The position numbers and the translations under genes are program-made. A stretch of 64,000 bases of DNA from Gemmatimonadota bacterium (GTDB taxonomy: Bacteria; Gemmatimonadota; Gemmatimonadetes; Longimicrobiales; Gaopeijiaceae). Location of the stretch: the NCBI GenBank assembly GCA_034521595.1, contig JAXHMG010000002.1, positions 32,001 to 96,000 on the forward strand, given 5' to 3'. Positions within the stretch are counted from its first letter, which is position 1. The number at the start of each line of letters is the position of its first letter. The notes under the pieces were generated by a model that did no database searches, was not told the DNA's origin, and worked only from the letters and a program-made list of their open reading frames with translations. Positions 58,183 through 64,000 of this stretch are shown piece after piece.

Positions 58183-59252
58183 GCCTCCCGACCGACACCA
58201 CCCTGCGGCTCGCCATGGCCGCCGTCGTCCTGCTGTCCGTGTTCACCCTGATCTTCGTCGCCTACGCGTTCTACCTGCACCTGAAGGGGCAGCGACTCGA
58301 GCGACGGCGCAGCCGCCTCGAGGCCGCCTGGAAGAAGCGGCTGCTCGACGCCGCCACGGGAGAGGCGACGCCCGCTCCCGATCCCGACCGGCCGAACGCC
58401 GAAGAGCGAGAGGTTCCGCCCGAAGATCGGGTCCTCTTCCTGGAGCTCGTGACGGATTACGCAAGGGCCCTTCACGGTCCGGAGCGCCGGAACCTGGAAC
58501 AGGTGGCCGCACCCTATCTCGACGCGCTGGACCCGCTGCTCGACGACGCCCACCCCTATCGGCGGGCCCACGGACTCGACATCCTGAGCGAGCTGAGCCT
58601 CGAGGAGGCGCGCGAGCGGATCGTCCGCGGGTTGAGCGACGAATCCGGCCTGGTCGCGATGGTCGCGGCCCGTGCGTTGGCACGGAACGGGGACCCCGAG
58701 CACGTCCCGCTCCTCCTCGCGAGGCTGGAGGCCTTCGAGAACTGGAGCGCCAACTACCTGGCGAGCCTGCTCTCGAGCTTCGGCTCCGCCGCCGTGCCCT
58801 ATTTGCGCGCGCTGGCCATGGACACGTCCGCCACCGGACGCTTCCGTTGCGTCGCGCTCCAGGCCCTGCGGGAGCTGAACGACCTGGAGTCGGTGGAGTC
58901 GGCCGTTCGCCTGCTCCCGGACGAGAACGACGCCGAGGTCCAGTCCGACCTCATCCGCCTGATCGGCCGCCTCGGTCGCCCCGAGCACCTCGACGTGATC
59001 CGGGAACACGCGTCGTCTCCCGTCCCTCACGTCCGAGCCGCGAGCCTCCGGGCCGTGAGCGAGCTGAGCGATCGCCGTACCTCCGACGTCGAGCTGGTCT
59101 CGCGGGGGCTCGACGATCCCTCACCGTGGGTGGCCCTCCAGTCCGCCCACGGGCTGATGAAGCTCGGACGCGCGCACGAGCTCTCCGCCCTGGCCACGTC
59201 CGAGAGTCCGCGCGCGGACCTGGCCGCCGAGGTGCTGGAAGCCCACCGATGA
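58179..59252 (+). CDS. HEAT/PBS-lyase repeat protein with N-terminal TM
   Basis: LLDDAHPYRRAHG, GLSDESGLVAMVAARAL, GLDDPSPWVALQSAHGL; ATGA coupled. Confidence 0.85.
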   Translation: MSLPTDTTLRLAMAAVVLLSVFTLIFVAYAFYLHLKGQRLERRRSRLEAAWKKRLLDAATGEATPAPDPDRPNAEEREVPPEDRVLFLELVTDYARALHGPERRNLEQVAAPYLDALDPLLDDAHPYRRAHGLDILSELSLEEARERIVRGLSDESGLVAMVAARALARNGDPEHVPLLLARLEAFENWSANYLASLLSSFGSAAVPYLRALAMDTSATGRFRCVALQALRELNDLESVESAVRLLPDENDAEVQSDLIRLIGRLGRPEHLDVIREHASSPVPHVRAASLRAVSELSDRRTSDVELVSRGLDDPSPWVALQSAHGLMKLGRAHELSALATSESPRADLAAEVLEAHR

Positions 59253-60739
59253 TCGACACCCTTTTCGATTCGCCGATCGGTCCCTTCATCGGACCCGCGC
59301 TGTGGGGCGCCAACGCGCTCGTCTTCACCTACTTCGTCGTCCTGAACGCGTCGTACCTGACGCTGAGCGTGATCGCGTTCCGTGCGGTCAAGCGGTACGC
59401 CGAGCGCCTGCGGTCCCTGGACGTCAAGGAGACCATCGCGCACGCGGGCGCCCCACCCATCACGCTCATCGCTCCCGCATACAACGAGGAAGCGACCGTC
59501 GTCGAGTCGGTCCGCTCCCTCCTGTCGCTGAACTATCCCGAGTACGAGGTGATCGTCGTCAACGACGGCTCGGGTGACGCCACGGTGGAGCGGATGATCG
59601 AGGCGTTCGACCTCCGCCCGTCCCCGAAGATGTCGACCTTCGACGTGGATACGGCCGAAGTGCGGCGGACCTACCGGAGCCGACGCCACCCCCACCTCTG
59701 GTTGGTCGACAAGGAGAACGGGGGAAAGGCGGACGCCCTCAACGCCGGGCTTTGTTACTGCAGGACCCCGCTCTTCTGCGCGATGGACGCGGACACCCTG
59801 CTCGAGCGCGACGCGCTCATCCGAGTCGTGCGACCCTTCCTCGAGGACGCGCGAACCGTGGCCGCGGGAGGGATCATCCGCATCGCGAACGGCTGCACCA
59901 TCGAAGGGGGCGCCGTGACCGACATCCGGCTCCCGGACAGCCTGGTCGCCCGCCTCCAGGTACTCGAGTATCTGCGCGCCTTCCTCGTCGGGCGCATGGG
60001 CTGGGATACCGTGAAGGGCAACCTCATCATCTCGGGGGCGTTCGGCATCTTCCGGCGTTCCACCGTCATCGCGGCGGGAGGGTTCTCGACGAAGACGGTG
60101 GGCGAGGACATGGAGCTGGTCGTACGGCTCCATCGCTACTGCCTCGATCACGAAATCCCCTACCGTGTCAGCTTCGTACCCGACCCGGTGGCCTGGACGG
60201 AGGCCCCCGAGAGCCTGCGCATCCTGGGGCGGCAACGCGACCGCTGGCAGCGCGGCCTGAGCGAATCGTTGACGATGCACCGAAAGATGCTCCTGCGCAC
60301 GAAGTACGGGAGAATCGGGATGGCGGTCATGCCGCACTTCTACTTTCTGGAGATGTGGGGTCCTCTGGTCGAGGTGATGGGCTACGTGGTCTTCCTGCTC
60401 ACGGTTCTGGCAGGGTGGGCATCGCCGGCGTACGTGTCGGCGTTCCTCATGGTGACCATCGTGCTGGGGATCGCGCTTTCCGTAGCGGCGCTCGCCCTCG
60501 AGGAGCTCGCCTTCCGCCGTTACCCCCGTCCGACCGACCTCCTGCGCCTCTTCGTGCTCGCCGTGACCGAGAACGTCGGGTACCGGCAGATCACCGCGTT
60601 CTGGCGGCTGCGCGGACTCGTGCGATTCCTGCGCAAGACGAAGGGTTGGGGGGTGATGCCCCGCGCGGGCTTCGGCGGAGGGAAGACTCGGGCGGCCGCG
60701 ACCGAGACGGCCGGATCCGAAGCCTCCGAGGAAGGGTAG
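59249..60739 (+). CDS. Processive GT2 glycosyltransferase (PgaC/IcaA/cellulose synthase-like)
   Basis: PAYNEE, NDGS, GGKADALNAG, DAD, GEDME, QRDRW; C-terminal TMs. Confidence 0.92.
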   Translation: MIDTLFDSPIGPFIGPALWGANALVFTYFVVLNASYLTLSVIAFRAVKRYAERLRSLDVKETIAHAGAPPITLIAPAYNEEATVVESVRSLLSLNYPEYEVIVVNDGSGDATVERMIEAFDLRPSPKMSTFDVDTAEVRRTYRSRRHPHLWLVDKENGGKADALNAGLCYCRTPLFCAMDADTLLERDALIRVVRPFLEDARTVAAGGIIRIANGCTIEGGAVTDIRLPDSLVARLQVLEYLRAFLVGRMGWDTVKGNLIISGAFGIFRRSTVIAAGGFSTKTVGEDMELVVRLHRYCLDHEIPYRVSFVPDPVAWTEAPESLRILGRQRDRWQRGLSESLTMHRKMLLRTKYGRIGMAVMPHFYFLEMWGPLVEVMGYVVFLLTVLAGWASPAYVSAFLMVTIVLGIALSVAALALEELAFRRYPRPTDLLRLFVLAVTENVGYRQITAFWRLRGLVRFLRKTKGWGVMPRAGFGGGKTRAAATETAGSEASEEG

Positions 60740-60745
60740 CGGCTC

Positions 60746-61600
60746 GTGCCCCACCGCCTGCCCGTATTCGGGGCGCTCGCATGCGCGCTGGCCTGCGTCG
60801 GCATCGGGAGCGGCGATCCGGCGGTCGCTCTCGACGTGGCGAGGGACACCGCGCCGCGCATGGAGATCGCGTTTCTGGACGTGGGACAGGGCGACGCGAC
60901 GCTGATCCGCTCTCCCGACGGTCGGGCCGCGCTGGTCGATGCCGGACCGGGCGACCCCACCGCCCAGCTCGAAGCGCTCGGCGTCGATCGGCTCGAGCTC
61001 GTGGTCGCGAGCCATCCCCACGCCGACCACATCGGGGGCATGGAGGCCGTCCTGGATGCCTTCCCGGTGGGGGCGTACATGGACAACGCTCAACCGCACA
61101 CCACGGCCACATACCTGAGCCTGATGCGCCGCTTGAGCGCGCGGGACGATCTAACGTACCTGGAGGCGGTGCCCCGTACCCTGACGCTCGGAGACGTCAC
61201 CCTCGAGGTGCTCCCCTTGCCGCCCGGGGACGACCTGGCCCACAATGACCGCTCGATCGGGATCGTCGTTCGCTTCGGAGACTTCTCGGCCTTGCTCAGC
61301 GGAGACTCGGAGCGTCGTGAGTTGTCGTACTTCCTGGAACAGGGTGCCGTGCCCGACATATCGGTACTCAAGGCGCCCCATCACGGGAGCCGCAACGGCT
61401 TCACGACGAGCTTTCTCCGCGCGGCTCGGCCGGAGGTCGTCGTGATCCCGCTTGGCGACAACGGGTACGGCCATCCCCACGAAGCGGCCGTCCGGGCGTA
61501 CCGTGCGATGGCGCGCGAGGTCTACCGCACCGACCGGAACGGCCGGATCACCATTCTCGGACACGAGGACGGAAGCTACCGGGTGAGGACGGAGCGATGA
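60746..61600 (+). CDS. ComEC/Rec2-type metallo-beta-lactamase-fold hydrolase
   Basis: FLDVGQGDA, SHPHADHIGG, NDRSI, LSGD, KAPHHGS, YGHPH, RTDRNG. Confidence 0.9.
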   Translation: MPHRLPVFGALACALACVGIGSGDPAVALDVARDTAPRMEIAFLDVGQGDATLIRSPDGRAALVDAGPGDPTAQLEALGVDRLELVVASHPHADHIGGMEAVLDAFPVGAYMDNAQPHTTATYLSLMRRLSARDDLTYLEAVPRTLTLGDVTLEVLPLPPGDDLAHNDRSIGIVVRFGDFSALLSGDSERRELSYFLEQGAVPDISVLKAPHHGSRNGFTTSFLRAARPEVVVIPLGDNGYGHPHEAAVRAYRAMAREVYRTDRNGRITILGHEDGSYRVRTER

Positions 61601-61896
61601 CCGGAGACACGGGACCGGACGAGCACGAGCGCCTGTGGGTCGTCGACCGCATCGAAGGTGAGCGGGTCGTGCTGATCGAGGACGATGGCGGGCGCACCTC
61701 CGAGGTGGGCCGCTCCGGCATCGGGGCGGAGGTCAAGGAAGGGACCGTCCTTCGGGTGCCGACGTCGTCCTCCGGGCGGATGGACTGGACGCGCGCGCGG
61801 CCCGACGAAGACGAGCGCGCGGCCCGGGAGGAGGAAGCGCGGGACATCCTCGACGAGCTCCGCCCCCGCGATCCGGGAGGCGACGTCACCCTCTAA
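61597..61896 (+). CDS. DUF3006 protein
   Basis: VVDRIEGERVVLIE, VKEGTVL; usual partner of the ComEC-like MBL protein. Confidence 0.8.
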   Translation: MTGDTGPDEHERLWVVDRIEGERVVLIEDDGGRTSEVGRSGIGAEVKEGTVLRVPTSSSGRMDWTRARPDEDERAAREEEARDILDELRPRDPGGDVTL

Positions 61897-61912
61897 AGGG
61901 CGCCCTCCGCCT

Positions 61913-62332
61913 TCAGGGACCGGACCCATCAGCGGCGGCGGCGTCCAGTCGCGCACGGAACGAGCCCACGCGCACCGGCGCGCGCCGCTCGTCGCAGTGG
62001 GAGACATAGAGGGTATCGCCGCGAACCAGGTACAGCGCGTCCTGCCGGAACCGGAGGCCGAGGTCACACGCCTCGTCGAAGGGAAGCTGGGCCGCCCAGC
62101 TCGGCTCGGCGTGCCCGGTCGTCGGCGAGTACCCGGTCACGCGCCACAACCCCTCCTCCCCCATCCGCACGCGAAGCTCGTTTTCGAGCCGTCGGTCGGC
62201 CCGTTCGCTCACGTCCGCCGGCCACGACTCCCCCGTCGTCGCGTGAGCGGACAGAATCACGAACTCGGCGGGCCACTCGTGGTGGCCCGGGGCGGGCATC
62301 CGGAAACGGGTCTCGAAGTAGGCGGGATGCAC
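61913..62332 (-). CDS. DUF3293-like protein
   Basis: HPAYFETRF, FVILSAHATTG, GYSPTTGHAEPSW, LGLRFRQDALY; only the 3' part of ORF 61913..63463 looks real. Confidence 0.7.
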   Translation of the reverse strand: MHPAYFETRFRMPAPGHHEWPAEFVILSAHATTGESWPADVSERADRRLENELRVRMGEEGLWRVTGYSPTTGHAEPSWAAQLPFDEACDLGLRFRQDALYLVRGDTLYVSHCDERRAPVRVGSFRARLDAAAADGSGP

Positions 62333-62444
62333 GTCCGGGCAGCGGGCTGGGGTCGGGACGTCCCGACCGGACGTCTCCTTGCTCGAAACCCCCTCGAAGC
62401 ACGCTCCGTAGGGGTCACGCACGACGACCTCAACCCGAGCTACG

Positions 62445-63476
62445 ATGCGACGTTCCACACTCCCGGCATTCCTCGCGCTCGCCGCTCTTCTTCCGGTCGC
62501 GTCGACGCCGGTGGGGGCCCAGGACGGCGCCCCCGGCCTGAAGCTCGCGGTCGGGGACGTCGGCCTCGGCATCGGCGACGTCCCCCGGCTCGACGGTTTG
62601 CGCCTGAGCTTCCGGGACCGGCACCTCGAGCGCGTCCGGGGCGTCAACGTCACGGTGTGGGAGCCGCACGAAGACGCTCGCGGCAGGGTGGAGGGCATCG
62701 CGTTGGGTCTGCCGCTCACCGGAGCCCACGACCTTCGGGGACTCGCGCTCGGCGCCGGCTTCTCGGCGGAGCGTGACTTCGACGGCGTCGGGTTCGGGCT
62801 GCTCGGAGCGGGCGTCGGCGAGCGTGCGCGCGGCGTCCTCGTGGGCGGTCTGGGCGCGGGAGTCGGCGGAAGCGTGCAGGGTCTCGCGTTGGGTGGCCTG
62901 GGCGTGGGCGCCGGCGAGAGCGTCCGCGGGGTCCTGGCCGGGGGCCTGGGCGTGGGAGCGGGCGGCCACGTGCGGGGGCTCGCCATCGGCGGTCTGGGGG
63001 TCGGCGCGGGCGAGTCGCTCACGGGGGTCGCGGTCGGCGGCCTCGGGGTCGGCGTGGGCGGTGACGCCCGGGGTCTCCTCGTGGGCGGGCTCGGCGTCGG
63101 CGGTGGTGGACGCTTGCAAGGGCTTGCGGTCGGCGGCCTCGGCGTCGGCGCCTCGGAGCTCGAAGGCATCGGGGTGGGCGGACTCGGAGTCGGCGCGGCC
63201 GACTTCACCGGCGCCATCCTCTCCGGCGTGGGGGCCGGCGTCGAGAACGGCACGGGAGTAGTCGTGGCCCCGGCGTACTTCCGCGTCGAGGAGACGGGCA
63301 CCTTCCGGGGAGTCTCGCTCAGCGCGTTCAACGACATCCGCGGCACGCAGCGCGGACTCTCGATCGGCCTGCTGAACATCGCCGAGGAGCTCCACGGACT
63401 GCAGGTCGGCCTCATCAACATCGCACGCAACAAGCGATCCCTCAGCATCCTGCCCCTCTTCAACTACCATCCGTGA
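62445..63476 (+). CDS. Secreted Gly-rich repeat protein (LA_2272-like surface repeat)
   Basis: Signal peptide (VGA-Q); 15-aa repeats GxxxGGLGVGAGxxx; GLSIGLLN/GLQVGLIN; ends PLFNYHP. Confidence 0.75.
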   Translation: MRRSTLPAFLALAALLPVASTPVGAQDGAPGLKLAVGDVGLGIGDVPRLDGLRLSFRDRHLERVRGVNVTVWEPHEDARGRVEGIALGLPLTGAHDLRGLALGAGFSAERDFDGVGFGLLGAGVGERARGVLVGGLGAGVGGSVQGLALGGLGVGAGESVRGVLAGGLGVGAGGHVRGLAIGGLGVGAGESLTGVAVGGLGVGVGGDARGLLVGGLGVGGGGRLQGLAVGGLGVGASELEGIGVGGLGVGAADFTGAILSGVGAGVENGTGVVVAPAYFRVEETGTFRGVSLSAFNDIRGTQRGLSIGLLNIAEELHGLQVGLINIARNKRSLSILPLFNYHP

Positions 63477-63606
63477 GCGGTCGACGCGGACGTCGCCTCT
63501 TCCCTTGCCGCACCGCTCCCGTCCACACATCGTGGGCGACCCCGCGCATCAGCAGCCGTCGGTGTAACTCCGCTACACCCCTGTCACTCCACGAGGCCCG
63601 GCCCTC

Positions 63607-64000
63607 ATGTACCGTTCCCACAGCTTGCAGCGGCTCCACGCCCGCATCGAAGAAGGCACGCCCTGGGACCTCATCGTGATCGGTGGCGGGGCGACGGGCG
63701 TCGGGATCGCGCTCGACGCGGCCTCCCGCGGACACGACGTGCTGCTCCTCGAGCAGAGCGATTTCGGCAAGGGCACCTCGAGCCGATCCACCAAGCTCGT
63801 GCACGGAGGGGTGCGGTATCTGCAACAGGGGAATGTCCCCCTCGTCATGGAAGCCCTCAAGGAGCGGGGGATTCTTCGTAGGAACGCGCCCCATCTCGTC
63901 ACCGACCTTCCGTTCGTGGTGCCGAACTACCGCTGGTGGGAGGCTCCGTTCTACGGCGTGGGGATGCGCGTCTACGATGTCCTCGCCGGCAAGTACGGCT
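63607..64000 (+). CDS. glpD: FAD glycerol-3-phosphate dehydrogenase (3' truncated; not in ORF track)
   Basis: WDLIVIGGGATGVGIALDAASRG, EQSDFGKGTSSRSTKLVHGGVRYL. Confidence 0.93.
   Translation, partial: MYRSHSLQRLHARIEEGTPWDLIVIGGGATGVGIALDAASRGHDVLLLEQSDFGKGTSSRSTKLVHGGVRYLQQGNVPLVMEALKERGILRRNAPHLVTDLPFVVPNYRWWEAPFYGVGMRVYDVLAGKYG

Noticed and set aside
60746-61896. MBL hydrolase as an antibiotic-resistance or defence gene
   Set aside because: Motifs and the DUF3006 partner fit the common ComEC-like family
62780-63240. Periodic repeats as a possible CRISPR array
   Set aside because: Degenerate, in-frame and coding; no identical repeats with unique spacers; no cas genes
62333-63463. Pro/Thr-rich N-terminal extension of ORF 61913..63463
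   Set aside because: Antisense reading of the Gly-rich repeat gene; the real small gene starts near 62332

Overview
GC-rich bacterial chromosomal window with acidic secreted proteins; gene content suggests Gemmatimonadota (inference). About 55 CDS; I found no rRNA, tRNA or CRISPR. Recognisable blocks: (1) NAD salvage operon, macro domain-pncB-pncA; (2) cobalamin-riboswitch-led B12 uptake and cobamide-salvage operon, btuB-btuG-like-btuF-cobS-cbiB-cobD-cobC-cobO-cobT-cobQ-cobU; (3) peptidases, two sensor kinases, phoA, a K+ channel, a MATE transporter and the start of glpD. Three loci look like candidate undescribed systems. (a) Two 64-aa secreted four-cysteine paralogous peptides next to a degenerate thioredoxin-fold protein and a membrane-fused beta-propeller (15.9-18.6 kb). 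(b) An ECF sigma/anti-sigma locus with two CBM48-like glycogen-binding proteins and tandem DUF4382 lipoproteins, with three identical promoter-like motifs GATGTGACC-N15-GAGTGT (38.4-44.5 kb). (c) A VapBC-type module whose PIN toxin is fused in frame to REC-degenerate GGDEF-REC and coupled to HEAT-repeat and GT2 polysaccharide synthase genes (56.0-60.7 kb). Also present: a MITE-like element and a single-base frameshift in a serine hydrolase. Family names come from motif recognition by eye, not database searches. Many start codons were moved from the ORF track using RBS and stop/start overlap evidence.
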